Shown here piece after piece: positions 41,043 to 55,686 of a stretch of 64,000 nucleotides of DNA; position 1 is the stretch's first letter; every line of letters starts with the position of its first letter. The stretch spans positions 195,052,001-195,116,000 of the forward strand of contig OZ024742.1 in assembly GCA_964016885.1 (NCBI GenBank), in the 5' to 3' direction. Source of the stretch: Eledone cirrhosa (Eukaryota). The notes under the pieces were generated by a model, which saw only the letters and a program-made list of their open reading frames with translations, had not been told where the DNA came from and ran no database searches. The translations under genes and the position numbers were made by a program.

Positions 41043-41265
41043 ATACATACATACATACATACATACATACACATTTTTGCTTTGATATATGAGTTTGCTC
41101 GTGGTGGACGTTAGTTTTCTATGATGAACACACCAGAGGTATGCTGATGGAGGATTCACTGGGCGCTGGTAAATACGTAATCATTAGGAATGTGGGCTGT
41201 TCTGGCTAAACATAACTAGTCGGTCTCACTAGTGGGTAGGTTTTTAGCTCTGAAATTTTGGCAGT

Positions 41266-41622
41266 CTTCTTCTTCTTCTTCTTCTTCTTCTTCTTCTTCT
41301 TCTTCTTCTTGAGAGGGTCGTGGGGGAAGGGTCTTCAATCACTTCTTCCAGCGGGTCCTGTCAGAAGCAACGGTCTTTGATCCAGCTGGATTCCCAAGCG
41401 AGACCAGCCAAACTCATGGATGTTACCCAACCATCTTGCTTGCGGTCTACCCCTGTATCTTCTGCCGGTTGGTTTTGCCCGTAGAATATGTCCAGCGATT
41501 CTTCCTTGGGACATTCTAATCACAAGCCCATAGTATCGGAGCTGTGATCTCTCAATACGGAGAAGTAGCTGCTCTAGCCGGAGTAACTCTCTGATCTCCG
41601 AGCTACCTATTCTAGAATACAT
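41266..41622 (-). mobile_element. RTE-clade LINE 3' fragment with an (AAG)n tail
   Basis: IERSQLRYYGLVIRM...GRRYRGRPQARW matches the RTE C-terminal pattern (WxGHxxRM...GRPxxRW). Confidence 0.75.
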
Positions 41623-42333
41623 TTGTACTTATTTTATATTTTATCAAATTAATCTGTTTTCTACCTTTAGTCTTCTACCTTTGCCCCTAATTATTTTTCA
41701 TATAACCTTCTCCAGCCCCACTTGTATAGTTACCCTTATTTACATCGTGTATTCCATTTCAGAGTCCAAACTCTTGTGGCTAATATAAAAATCATCATCA
41801 TCGTCATCATCATCAACACCATCATCATCACAGCAAGAATACATTTTGAATCAAAATAACATAGTGTTGCGTTTCAGTTTTGATGCTATGACGTCATGTT
41901 GCTAAGAATGATGGGAAATATGAATGTCTGGTTACAATGGTTAAGTAACTGTTAGTTCACTGCTCGCTGATCGTTCGATTTTTTTTTTCCTTTTCATTTG
42001 TTAAATGAACTTTGTAATTTGAACTGTCGCTTTTTAATTAGGTTCACTGCTATCTTTTTTTAGTATCTATGTTTGTTTACGCCGAGAGCGCGCTGTATGG
42101 TTGTATTGAGAAAAAAGGTCAAGACGTGAGAGAGAGAAAGAGAGAAGGCGGAGGTTAGATTGAGAGAGAGGGGGACGAGAGAGAGGTGAAAGAAAGAAAA
42201 CAGGGTTGAGATTAAAAGACAATGAGAGGGTTAGATTAAGAGGAGGAGAGACGAGGAATAGAACAAATTGGGAGAGCTAAATAGACATTGAAAGAGAGGG
42301 AGGGGGAGACGTAAGAGAGGGGGGGGGGGAGAG

Positions 42334-42371
<38 letters not shown>

Positions 42372-42822
42372 GTAAGAGACTTAAAAGAGAGGTAAGTTGG
42401 TTAGAGAAAGTGTTGACGTAGAAAAAAGTTTGCAAATACACATACAGCGTGAGAGAGGTTTAAGGTAAGATTAAGAGGGGATATTGACGAGGGGAAAGGG
42501 TTACAGATAAACAGACAAATGACAAATAGAGTGTGAGGGACGAGAGAGAAAGGAGGGGGAAAATGAGAGAGAGAGGGAGAGTTGTTGGAATAGGGAAAAG
42601 TGTTGGAATAGATAGAGAGGGATATAGACGGAAATCATCTGGGGTGGGGTGAGGTGGGAGGGTTATGCTTTAGGGACCAAAATGAAGTCAAAGAGGACAA
42701 AGGAAAAGATTTTAAATGAGAACAAGACATTATGCAGGCAGGGGAGATAATTTGGCTTAGAAGAAGGGACATCAATATAAAAAAGAAGAGAGAGATTTTT
42801 TTTGTTTGGTTTAAGATAATCT

Positions 42823-43003
42823 TTCTACTTTTGGCACAAGGCCAGCAATTATCCCAGTACATTACTGGTGCTTTATTTTATTGACTCTGTAAAGATGAAA
42901 GGCAAAGTTAACCTCGGCGGAATTTGAACTCAAACCGTAATGGGCCGTAACTCTATGCTGCAAAGCATGGCGTCCTACCCTCTACCGATTCTGCCAATCC
43001 ACC
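42823..43003 (-). mobile_element. SINE family A (partial copy also at 43612-43745)
   Basis: Core and head motifs. Confidence 0.85.
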
Positions 43004-44532
43004 AACCTTTTTTGTTTAAAATGACACCAGGGAATGATCTAAATATAGATACCCTTAGATGAAGTGCTTAATTTTTGATTTATTGAATTTAGTTATCCTT
43101 TTTATTTATAATTTCTTTAATCAAAAATGTCATGAAGACACTAGAATTATTGTTGTTGCTGTCCCAACATGGCCTAGGGGTTAGGGTGTTAAGTCTACAA
43201 CCATAATATCATGGGTTCTATTACAGGACTGGGTTGTGTGTTGTGTTCTTCAGCAAAATTCTTCATTTCACGTTATTCCAGTATACTCAGCTGAAAATAA
43301 ATACCGGCGGCAATTGAAGATGGTGGAGGTGTGGTAATCTTGCGTGGAATTAACTTCATATCCAGCGGAGTGAGTATTGTACTTACAGTCGTTTAACGGT
43401 AAAGAAACTGGGATAAGTACGGTCAAGTGAGCCTCCGGCCACGGGACTGGCCTTATAGGTTTTCTGTGTTCAAAAGATTTATTATAGTGCTTGTCAATAC
43501 ATCAATTTTTTGTTTTTTTATATCATTTCTGGAGGGTTTGTCTCATAGAGATGATAACAACTCTTTGCTGATAAAAGCTGTTTAAACATATCATTTACAG
43601 TAACAATAATAATTGTTTCTACTTTTGGAACAAGGCCAGCAATTATCCAGTACATTACTGGTCCTTTATTTTATCGACTACGTCAGGATGAAAGGCAAAG
43701 TTATCCTCGGTGGGATTTGAACTCAGACCATAAAGGGGCCAACTATAATGACGGGTAATAATAAAATAGGGAAACAAAAGGAAAGAAAGAATAGAGAAAT
43801 ACAGAGAAAAAAGAGAGAAAGAAAGAAGAAAAATACGGGAGGGAGAGGGGATGGTAAGGGCTCTGGTGTCGCAGAAGAGAGGGGAGGGCTGAAAGGGGAG
43901 AGTGATTGGGTTTTGGGCATAGGGTAAGAGGACAGAAGTGCTGCCCCCCCCCCCCCCCCCCGGACAAGACGGCAAAAGCATTCCCCCGCACAATGGCCAC
44001 TGACATACGCTGAAACAGCCACCCAACCTCGTGGGGCTCCTTCCTCAGACGAGCTGCCGACGCTCCGTGTTATGCGTGTGTGAATTAGTGTGTGTGTGTA
44101 TATGTGTGCGTATGTGTGTATGTGAGCCTATGTGCTGTGTGTATGTGTGTAAGTGTGGGTGAGTATGTATGTGTGTGTGCCTATGTGTTGTGTGCCTATG
44201 TGTTGTGTGTGTGTGCCTATGTGCTGTGTGTGTGTGCCTATGTGTTGTGTCTATGTGAGAGTGTGTGTGTTTATTTGAGTGTGTTAGTGTATATATGTGT
44301 GTGTGTGTAAATGTTTAAGTATATTTATAAAGTATGTTTGTAAATTTGGATATTTAAGGTAACAGTTTTTGTATGTACAGGATGTCTTCTATAAATAACA
44401 TACACTTGGTAATCCTCCGTTTTAAAATCACAGAGAACATCCGGCATTTACTTGAGTGAAAATAGCAAACCTCTCTCTTTCGTTCTGCCTCCCCCTCTCT
44501 CTCTATCTATCGCTTTTTATATCTCTTACATG

Positions 44533-44575
<43 letters not shown>

Positions 44576-44771
44576 ATGGAGCATACACACTTACATACAG
44601 GCATACATACTCCTACGTAAAATATAGATACGTTACCTGTAAGATAGCGAGGTCGCGCTAATATATCTGTGTATGTGTGGGTTTGTGTATGGGTGCATGT
44701 ATGATTAACGTTTTGAGATTATGTTACATATTACACACACACACACACACACACAGAGAGACACATGCTCC

Positions 44772-44833
<62 letters not shown>

Positions 44834-44863
44834 TATACATACATACATACATATATATATATT

Positions 44864-44927
<64 letters not shown>

Positions 44928-44949
44928 CATACATACATATATATATATT

Positions 44950-45051
<102 letters not shown>

Positions 45052-45491
45052 TATTTTTCTATATATATAAATATACATATACATGTATATATATATGTGC
45101 GTGTGTGTGTGTAACATAATCTCAAAACATTAACCATTGGTTTGGTTTTCCATTTGAACAAAGGAAATTACATGTGAAAATGGGGCAGAGTTTGGGTGGT
45201 GTAAGATAAATAACCACTGAGTAGCTTTGGGACCAATACCTCTGTATGCAATGTAATTACACTACACTTTACACTCTTTCGTTTCCACACAATCTCGCAG
45301 ATCGTAAATTACATTGGCGTTAAAATGAAAATATATGGTTTCTTGTGTGGATCGATTAAATTTAGAGTAAAACTATCAATTTTAAGCTCAAATTAATTGG
45401 AAGTATTTTCGGTCTTAGTCGATATGTGTGTATATATGAATGCATTTATATATACATGGGTATATATATATATATATATATATGTGTGTGA

Positions 45492-45530
<39 letters not shown>

Positions 45531-45678
45531 CACACACTCACATATATATACATATATATATATATATACACTCACATATATATATACACACATACATATA
45601 TATATATATTTGTCTGTGTGTGTGTGTGTGAGTGTGTGTGTGCGTGCATGTAAATGTACGTGTTTATATATGCATGTT

Positions 45679-45733
<55 letters not shown>

Positions 45734-46406
45734 GTACATATATATATATATTTATATAAATATATATATGTGTGTGTGTACATATATATATATTTATAAA
45801 TATATATATGTGTGTGTGTACATATATATATATTTATATAAATATATAAGTGTGTGTGTGTGTGTGTACGTGTGTTGCATGTGTGTGTTCAGCACTCTTT
45901 GTCGTATTGCGTTCTCTCATGTTAACGCTATCTGTTTCATTTGATTGATATTTAATTCTAAACTTCATGTATTATCTTTCAGCCTTTTATCTCGAATATT
46001 CCACAAAATTATCCAAGTCTTACTATTTTGAAATAAACCTCACATATAATAAACATTTCAAAAAAATAAATAACTAAAACCACTCATTCTTCGATCATCT
46101 TAAACAATAGATTTGCTTCTATTTATATTTTCTTCAAGATAAATTATTTTTTTTATTTTTTATGTCTTATTTTGCTATTTATTTTTTGAACATTTTCTTC
46201 TAGAACATTTGATTCCATTCCACCGTCTCACCACCAACTCACCACTGACTCACCACCGACACGTGATTTCTCAAATACACGCCGCCTGACGCAGATCTAT
46301 TTAAATATCAACGCTGCATATATATATAGAGATGTTTATACATATAACTTATATGTAGATATATGTATGTGTGTGTTGTGCGTGTGTATGTGTATGCATA
46401 TGCATG

Positions 46407-46447
<41 letters not shown>

Positions 46448-46490
46448 ATGTGTGTACGTGTGTGTGTGCATGTGTCTGTGTATGCATATG

Positions 46491-46532
<42 letters not shown>

Positions 46533-46539
46533 GTAATAA

Positions 46540-46724
46540 TTGTTTCTACTTTAGGCACAAGGCCAGCAAATATTCAGTGAATTACTGGTACTTTATTTTA
46601 TCGACCCCGTAAGGATGGAAGGCAAAGTCAACCTCGGCGGGATTTGAACTCAGCTCGTAAAGGGACGTAACTATGCTGGAAAGCATGGCGTCCGACCCTC
46701 TACTGATACTGCCAATCCACCGCC
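46540..46724 (-). mobile_element. SINE family A (another copy at 47478-47672)
   Basis: Full core and head ending CCAATCCACCGCCC. Confidence 0.9.
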
Positions 46725-48624
46725 CTTTATTTAGTAATAATAAATTTGAAGACTAAAATTCACCACTCCAAATAATGACGTATAGTGACAACAAAGATAA
46801 TACGTCCTTAATGTGGATATAAGTTGTAACGATGAAAGAATGGTATTTAACTAATGTATTGGTACGCGATGGGGCCCACCCACAGCCCCGGCGGACAGAA
46901 TGGAGAAGGCGTTTCCCCGTTCTTTGCCAGGGAACGTTTCCACGAACCAAAGTATCGTCTTCCTGTCTTCCTCCGGTTGCAACGTTTTTTGAAATATTTA
47001 CTTCTGCGTTCACAGATTGACTTTGTTAGTTTCAGAAGATCCCGTTAAGGGTGAAAGCAGCGATTCTTTGCTTAAACTTTAATCTGTTATTTTAATAAAT
47101 ATATATATATACATGATATGCATGTATATGTATATATATATGTATGCATATGCATGTATGTATATGTACATATATACACATACAAATGTATACATGCATG
47201 TATACGTATATATATATGTATGTATACACATACAAATATATATGTATACACTTACAACTATATATATGTATACACATACAAATATATATATATATATATA
47301 TACACATACAAATGTATATATGCATGTATACGTATATATATATATGTATGTATATGCATATATGTATATACATAAATATATGCACATACATATATATATA
47401 CATATATATATGTATACATATATATATGTGCATCCCTACGCAAATGATCATAAAAGTCATTCACTATAAATAAGTATTTCTAGTATAGAAGGCCAGTAAT
47501 TTGTGAGAGGGGGAAAATCGTTTAAATCGATCCAGTGCGTTGTTGTTTTATTTTATCGACCCCGTAAGGATTAAAGGCAAAGTTAACCTCGGTGCGATTT
47601 GAACTCAGACCGTAAAGGACCGTAACTCTATGCTGCAAAGCATGGTGTCCGACTCTCTATCGATACTGCCAATTCCCCATGACAGAAAATCCGGAAAAGT
47701 AGACAGGAAAATGTTACTTGCTAATGCCATGTTTAATACTGACCAGTGTGTCCAATATCCCTACGTAGAGAACATAGGTAGTTAACCCATGCTAAACTAG
47801 GGCTCTTATTTTTCTCTATATAATCTTCAGTTAATTTTTACACACATCTCGTCTTATTTTAAAATGGCTCTGTAAAATATGCACATAGAATCAAAACACA
47901 TTCTTATCTTGTATATTTGTCTTTACGATTGCATTCCTGACTCTTGTGGGTAAAGTCCGGCCATTTATTTAGAACGTCCTCATTTTTATGGAGTACCGGT
48001 TTGTCTGATTTTTTATTTTTAAATGGTTTTTAACGTGAAAGGCTCAGTACTTTTTCCCTTAGATTCTAAGTACGTATTTTTATAATCTTGTTAGCCTTAG
48101 GCTAAACTATATGGTATTAAGGTAGTTTTGTTCATGTGTGTTGGCACCATTTTTTGTTTCCATAGCTTGCTATACATGTGGACGAATAACATAAACAATT
48201 GTAATACATTAATTATTGTGAGTTGTAACAATCAATACATTTTATGTGTATTATTTACATGAGTCGTTCTTTATTAGCTTTTTCTGTTTTGATTTGTTGT
48301 TGTTGTTCGTCTTAGTTACATGAGGCTTGTACTGATTGTTATTGGTAGCATTCCATTTCCTAGTTTTCTTGTTATTTATATGCTGATCGTATTTTTGTGT
48401 TTCCAGAGTCACCAAAGTATTTTATGTGATAGACACCAGCGGCACATAAAATATACTTTCTGTTGGGTTTGTTCGTTGTCGTCTTTTAAAGTCATCGTCG
48501 TTTTTTGGTTAAATTTACTTTCCGTTTTCTGATATTGACCGATTTATTTCAAACTCTGCCAGAGAACTATGTTATTCAGCTCCTTATAGATGTTGCTGAT
48601 GTTATTCAGCAATTATTATCATTA

Positions 48625-49040
48625 AAGAAATCCGGCGAATCTTGAAGAGGAAAATCAGGGTGGAGAGGAAAGTGCTGTCCTCTAGTAAGTCTGTTGAAAG
48701 GTGAGTAGAAAGTGGTGAATCTGGTCCGAATGAACGGGCCCACTCTGAGTATACGCCTGTAGGTTGAGGAGTGGGAGAACTGAGAGAGGGCGCTTGCCCT
48801 GGTAGTCAGGGTAGCCGTGGTCTTTTGTGTGGTTTTCGCCATGAGTGACCCTCGGAAATTTTGGGGAAATTTTGTTGTTTGAATATTTTAATTTGTTTTT
48901 ACAGATTTCTATTTTTCTGTTATAACGTTTTTTTTACACGACCAAAACCCACTTTGTATCGTCCTGTACCGTTCTGTGCCGTCTGTATTGTTTTTCATCA
49001 TGTTAGCCCTTGTGGCCAATAAAGAAACCATTATTATTAA
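48625..49040 (+). mobile_element. 5'-truncated LINE 3' end (probably Tx1/L1-like)
   Basis: LKRKIRVERKVLSSS... reading; homologous to 29151-29572; ends CTTGTGGCCAATAAAGAAACC(ATT)n. Confidence 0.6.
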
Positions 49041-49049
49041 AGAAATTGC

Positions 49050-51110
49050 TATTACTATTATTAGTCTTATTTGTATTATTGCGTGATGTCACTGCATTAC
49101 CAAACAGATTTATAACTGCCTTGGCTGTGTGTAGTGTTGTTTATTAGCAGGGTTATTTCTATTGTATTGAGCGTACTCTTCGTAATATTTGTGCAGTGCT
49201 TAGTAGTGCTATTTTCTGTATCCTGTTTTTTTTTTCTTTGTATGTATCTGTATATTTTTTAAATCATTCCTGAGGAAGTTACTATTATAAGGATTGTTTC
49301 TGTGTTCTTCATCGACATTCGGATTATTTCTATCTCCAGATCTTTATAATAGGATAATTTTTCCGTTTCCTTGATAGATATACTGTTGTTTGAAGGGATA
49401 GATACATCAATTAGAAGACTTGTTTTTCTTTGTGGCCCGTTAGCTTTAATCTCCATGTGTGTGTATATGTGTATATAACAGAATATGGTTGCTTTGTCAT
49501 TCTCTGACACCTTTTCTGCTGTATGTCTGTACCACCTTTTTTGCGTAGGTATTTCTAGTGTATGTAAATCACAACTCTACCATGTCTGTAGATATATTCT
49601 TGTTTAGCCATGACTGGACAACCCAACACAATGTAACTAATTGTTTCTTCCCCATCACCACCATGCATTCTATTGTTAATTACTGTGTTCTGATTTATTA
49701 TAGGGTGGTGAATTGGCAGTATTGGTAGAGAGTCGGACACCATGATTTGCAGCATAGAGTTACGGTCCTTTACGGTCTGAGTTCAAATCCCTCCGAGGTT
49801 AACTCTGCCTTTAATCCTTACGGGGTCGATAAAATAAAGCACGAGTAACGTACTGGGGTCGATTTAATCGACTTTCTTCTCCCCAAAATTACTGGCCTTG
49901 TGCCTATACTAGAAATCATTATATATTTTGGGGGTGGTTTCTGGCGATCAGGCTTTGATCTTGTGCTGCAATTAAAAATCCTTCAGTCTCGGCTTTTAGT
50001 CCAGAGCTTCTTAATCAGTTTTATCAGTCTTGCTTGACTCCTTCGTCCTTATTCAGTTTTTTTCGGGCATTGCTAATTTAGGGAGCTGACATGCCATCGT
50101 TTTAGCATAGTATTCAAGAAATCTGTTTTCAATTTAGATTTTATTTTTTTAGCAGTTTCTGTTGCTGTTTTTTCTGTTTTCATATCCTTCATAATTACCT
50201 GTAAATTCGGTGTCTGTTTTGATTGTGTTCGCTTCTTTACTGACAGAAAATATTGTGTTGTGTTGTACATGTTTCATGACTATTTGTATTCACTTTCCAG
50301 TATTTTCATTAGATGTTTTTAGAGTTATACAGTGGTTATAATAGTTTTCTAGATACATGAAGCTCCTTTCTCCCTTCCTAGTAGATACAATCTTTCTACA
50401 ACTGATTTTGTGTGGTGTATTCTCAATCTGGTCATTCTTTTACAAGTTCTTTTGTCTAGTCCTATTAGTTCTTAATATGTCCAGTTCAGAATATTAAAAC
50501 TGTAGCTTATTACTGAGATCGCTAGTGTATTGATGCCTATTACATTATTCTTTGCATTGTGTTCTGTCTGAAGTAGTAATCTAATCTGTCTATAATGTTC
50601 CTTTCGAATCTTTTCTTTCATCCGTGTGTGTTAAAACTTGTTAATTAATTGATTCCGAAGTATTTGTATGTCTGTGTTTCATCTTATCCCAGTTTCATTA
50701 TCTAATGGGATATTGATATTTTTCACTAGGTTTCCTCTCTTCAATGTTGCCTTGGCACTTTTTCCTAGTCCGAATTTATGTACATTTCTTTTTTGAATCT
50801 ATGCACTGAAGCATGCTTTAAGTTGTCTCTTCCCTGCAGCGTGCATCTTTAAATCGTCCGAATTACAGTAGATGGTTAACTTTCTTGCCGTAGCAAGTCC
50901 AATCCTGTTTAGTATCTCAGATAATGATGTCAATGCTAGGCAGAAGAGTAAAGAGTCAATCTTTATAAAACCATCCTTCGTTTGTATTTGTATAAATGTT
51001 TGCCAATTACTTATGGCATATTTGATGAATGTTTTTTTTTTTTTAATTGTTAGCGCTATTATATTTATGTCTAGTGTGTTCAGTACTCACGAATGAGGAA
51101 AAGCTTCCTG
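49050..51110 (-). mobile_element. Degenerate R4/Dong-like non-LTR element, interrupted by a SINE
   Basis: ETISYIVLGCPVMAKQEYIYRH (CCHC region), LLIDVSIPSNNSISIKETEKLSYYKDLEIEI (RLE), RT remnants (DDLK near 50850). A related 3' end lies at about 51350-51540. Confidence 0.7.
49705..49918 (+). mobile_element. SINE family A nested in the R4-like element
   Basis: Full head, core and tail. Confidence 0.88.
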
Positions 51111-51126
51111 GTGTTATTATTGGTGA

Positions 51127-51320
51127 GGGCGGTGGATTGGCAGTATCGGTAGAGGGTCGGACGCCATGCTTTGCAGCATAGAGTTACGGCCCTTTATGAT
51201 CTGAGTTCAAATCCCGCCGAGGTTAACTTTGCCTTTCATCCTTACGAGGTCGATAAAATACAGTACCAGTAATACACTGGGATAATTGCTGGCCTTGTGC
51301 CAAAAGTAGAAACAATTATT
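51127..51320 (+). mobile_element. SINE family A
   Basis: Full head, core and tail. Confidence 0.9.
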
Positions 51321-51542
51321 ATTAGCTCTAGTAGTGGTAGTAGTAGTAGTAATCTTGCTTTTATTTCGCTTTATCATTGCATTACCAAACACAGCTTTCT
51401 ACGCCATAGGTATCTACAGTGTGAGTTTTGATGGTGTGTTTGTAGTATACTGAGTGTTTGTAAAATGGGTGCAGTGCGTAGTACAGCTATTTTTTTAATG
51501 CTATATATATATTTGTAAGACCTGGAGTTCTGGTTACCTTTC

Positions 51543-52105
51543 TGCTGGTGGTAATGGTAGTGGTGATAGTGGTGGTAGTGGTGGTGTTAGTGGTGGTGGT
51601 GGTGGTGGGGGGGGGGGGGGGGGGTTGTTGTTGTTGTTGGTTGTAGTGTTGGTGGTGGTGGTGCTGGTGGTAATGGTAGTGGTGATAGTGGTGGTAGTGG
51701 TGGTGTTAGTGGTGGTGGTGGTAGGGGGGGGGGGGGGGGGTGTTGTTGTTGTTGTTGTTGGTTGTAGTGTTGGTGGTGGTGGTGCTGGTGGTAATGGTAG
51801 TGGTGATAGTGGTGGTAGTGGTGGTGTTAGTGGTAGTGGTGGGGGTGTTGTTGTTGTTGTTGGTTGTGGTGTTGGTGGTGGTGGTGCTGGTGGTAATGGT
51901 AGTGGTGATAGTGGTGGTAGTGGTGGTGTTAGTGGTGGTGGTGGGGGGTGTTGTTGTTGTTGTTGGTTGTGGTGTTGGTGGTGGTGGTGCTGGTGGTAAT
52001 GGTAGTGGTGATAGTGGTGGTAGTGGTGGTGGTGGGGGTGTTAGTGTGGGGGGGGGGGGGGGTGATGGTGGAGGTGGTGATGGTGGTGGTGGTGTTAGTG
52101 GTGTT
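51543..52105. repeat. G/T-rich minisatellite, 5 units of about 100-120 bp built from GGT/GTT triplets and poly-G
   Basis: GCTGGTGGTAATGGTAGTGGTGATAGTGGTGGTAGTGG recurs at about 51543, 51663, 51784, 51885, 51989. Confidence 0.9.
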
Positions 52106-52298
52106 GTTGGGGATAGAGTAGGAGTGGCGTTGCTGTTGTTATTGCTATAAGTCCTTTTTGTAACTTGATACCATTCGAGCGTGACTGTCCCATGCTATTT
52201 TCAACCTGTTTCATTATCACCATCATCACCATCATCCACATCATTATCATCACCATCTTTATCATCATCATCGTCATCATCATCTTCATCATCATCTT

Positions 52299-52330
<32 letters not shown>

Positions 52331-53380
52331 TCATCATCATCATTATTAGCTATCAGTTATAAATTACAGTTTCCATTGTATAGAGAATACCGGTGATCAT
52401 GTTAATCAAACGTGGTACAAATTTATGCCCAAAATAGCGACGTTCAGAGACCAAAAGAATTTCAATATCAATACAGATCGATATAGGATTAACATGCAAT
52501 GACTTTGTGACAAACGATTGGCATAATCTTGACATTTTTCCTTTCTTTTCTTCTTCGTAAGCCTCCAGCTTCATGTAGAAGCTATCGTGCCTCAGGCATT
52601 TTAAACCTTGAACACCCACCAGTCTCCAGGTTTTATGACATCCGATTTCTTCATGAGAGAAAAAGAAGGGAAAGATACGACATCCGATTTCTTCATGAAA
52701 GAAAAAGAGAGAGAAAGTGGGGGGGGGGGTGCATGAATGACAGAGAGAGTTGGGAGAGGAGGAAATTACCCTCAGTACATGACTGGTACTCAAGAATAAT
52801 GTTCTGGTGTCTAACAAGGAACCGAATTAAATCTTCAAGGCATGTATACGATAGTGGGGGGTTAAACTCGTATCTCACAGAGCCAGGAAAATTATTGAAA
52901 AGCAGTCCTTGGATTGTACTTTTATTTTATCGACCCCGGACTGATCAAAGGAAAAGTTAGTCTCTCAAAGCCGGAACGAATAACACTAGAGTCTCTGCCA
53001 ATTCGCCCGCTGTGAAATAACATTTGATATAAACTTGTCATTAAATATACACCTGGCTTACATTCATATAAAACATCACAGGTTATAGATGAAAGTTCCT
53101 ACATAACATGTCACAGAAGAATGGAATGGGCTTCCGTCTGTTTCGATGACGCTTGTTTCAAATGGATGTTCACACATATAGCAGAACAGAATTTTACAAA
53201 AGTTCTCGTGTGAGAAGATGAGAAAAAGGAGGAAATAATATGAAAGATAAGTGATGAAGATGGGGGTGGGGGTGGGGGTGGGGAGTGGGGTATGAAAAAC
53301 TCGGGTATGAAAAAGTATTTGTCCTTGAGAAATAGCTTGGAAAAAGAATATATATGTATGTGTACGTGTGTATGTGTGTG

Positions 53381-53433
<53 letters not shown>

Positions 53434-53999
53434 ATATTTATAGATTTATGTGTGGGTGTCTGTCTGTGCGTGTGTGTGAGCATATATATATATTTATGTG
53501 TGTGTGTGTGTGTGTGTGAAAGGTGAAATTTCGTAGACCACTTGACACAAAGAACTGAAAAACAAGATTATAGAAAGATCGATTCTGGTTTCCAATACCA
53601 ATATCATTTGCAGCTTTTATTTCACTGGTTTGGCTGAATACCACTTATAGTATATTTTGACAGTAACGTGTCAGGACTTTACAGCAAAAAGCGAAGAATC
53701 ACTTCAATTAAAAGTCGCTACTTTGTAGTGTGATGTCTCAGAAGACTGATGGGGCAGTAGTTAGGTTTCATCGGAAATAGAAACCACATAAAAATCACTT
53801 ATGTCAATATTGATTGGCTGTACGATGTTTTTCAACCAGCATGTTACGTGTATTAGAAATGGTTTTAGTTTGTCAACATGAGAATTAACGTTGTACGTGA
53901 TTAATTAGGCCGTTAGAATATTTATTATCTTGCGAATAATTTTACTTTAATAACGACAATTTTGTATAACAAATCTCGTATAACAAAGCCTTTGTATAA

Positions 54000-54187
54000 C
54001 AAGGCCAGCAATTTAGGGGGAAGGAAAAAGTCGATTAAAACGACCCCAGTGTTTACGGGTACTTTATTTTATCGACCCCGTAAGGATAAAAGCTAACCTC
54101 AGTGGGATTCGAACTCAGAACATAAAGGCTCGTAACTCTATGCCATAAAGCATATTTTCCGACGCTCTACCGATACTACCAATCCAC
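54000..54187 (-). mobile_element. SINE family A
   Basis: Core and head motifs. Confidence 0.82.
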
Positions 54188-54573
54188 AGCTTCATATAAT
54201 GACTCCTATTATAGTGATGTATCTAAAGTTCATTACTGTATCCCCACCTCACTTTAAACTAACCACCGACCCGCACCAATTAATGGTTTCGAGAGACGTT
54301 ATAAAACTGCAGCCATCATATTGCGTAGTTTCTATATAATAATTATTATTATTATCTGCAGCAACTATGAACCCATTGCACAGTTGGTCATGCTCCACCT
54401 CGTCAGTGCGCCTCCAGAAATTTCTTAAACTATAAACCGAAAACGAATTACCGAGATAAATCATAAGCCCCAATAAGCCCGAAAAACAAATGACGCGGAG
54501 CCATGCAGCCGGCTGATATACGACCAACCAAAGATCCATTAAACCACAGTAGGATTCACTATAATCCCGACAT

Positions 54574-54675
<102 letters not shown>

Positions 54676-54769
54676 TTTATGTATGTATGTATATGCGAAA
54701 AGTAAAGGGAAAACAACACGCCATAACAATATAGTACAATGCTGTTTAAGGCTTGATGCAGCAAGAATA

Positions 54770-54811
54770 GGATGTTGACGTTTCGGGAGTTAATCCTTCA
54801 TCAGAAAATAG
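54770..54811 (-). ncRNA. Minimal PLE-type hammerhead core
   Basis: The minus strand reads CTGATGA-AGGA-TTAAC-TCCC-GAAA-CGTC (palindromic ACGU, GUC site). Stem I is weak. Confidence 0.55.
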
Positions 54812-55047
54812 AATGAGAAATAAAAGAAGATATAGAAAGATAACGGAAAGTGGGAAGAGGAAATGAACCATTTTATTTTTGGAGAAAAAGAACTTTCGTC
54901 TTCAGTCAGCCTTTTGACTGTATGCATATATATATATGTATATATATATCATACATATGTGTGTATGTGTGAGTATGTGTGTGGATATATAATTACGTCA
55001 TGCTGTGTCTGTATGTGTATGTGTGTATGTCTGCGTTTGTGTGTATA

Positions 55048-55130
<83 letters not shown>

Positions 55131-55253
55131 GTGCGTGTGTGCGTGTGTGCGTGTGTGCGTGTGTGTGTGTGTGCGTGTGTGTGTGTGTGCGTGTGTGCGC
55201 GCGTGTGTGTGTGTGTGCGTGTGTGTGTGTGTATTTTGTGTGTGTGTGTGTGT

Positions 55254-55300
<47 letters not shown>

Positions 55301-55578
55301 TTTGTGTGTGTATGTTTACTTGTTTGTTTCAGTTTAAAATCTTCGAAGTTGTAAAGTGGAAACATTTGATACCGAAAACAAAGAAGAAAATAATCAGTAA
55401 TAAAGAACCATGGTTCAATCTGAAATCTAAACATTGATAACAGTAAATGAATTCATTATCTCCAAATAATTTAGAATAATCGAAGAATTCTTCCAGAAAA
55501 TATTATTTTGCAATTCTTTTATTAAATATTTGACCGATATCTATTGAAAATTCCAGACGACTAGAAAAAAAAAATATT

Positions 55579-55686
<108 letters not shown>

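Noticed and set aside
46753-47050. GC-richer segment with ORFs on both strands as a possible exon
   Set aside because: No recognisable protein in any frame and no convincing splice-site pair.
51625-52150. Gly/Val-rich ORFs
   Set aside because: Product of the GGT/GTT minisatellite.
54300-54572. Possible solo LTR ending in CCCGACA next to (TA)n
   Set aside because: No second terminus, TSD or second copy in the window.
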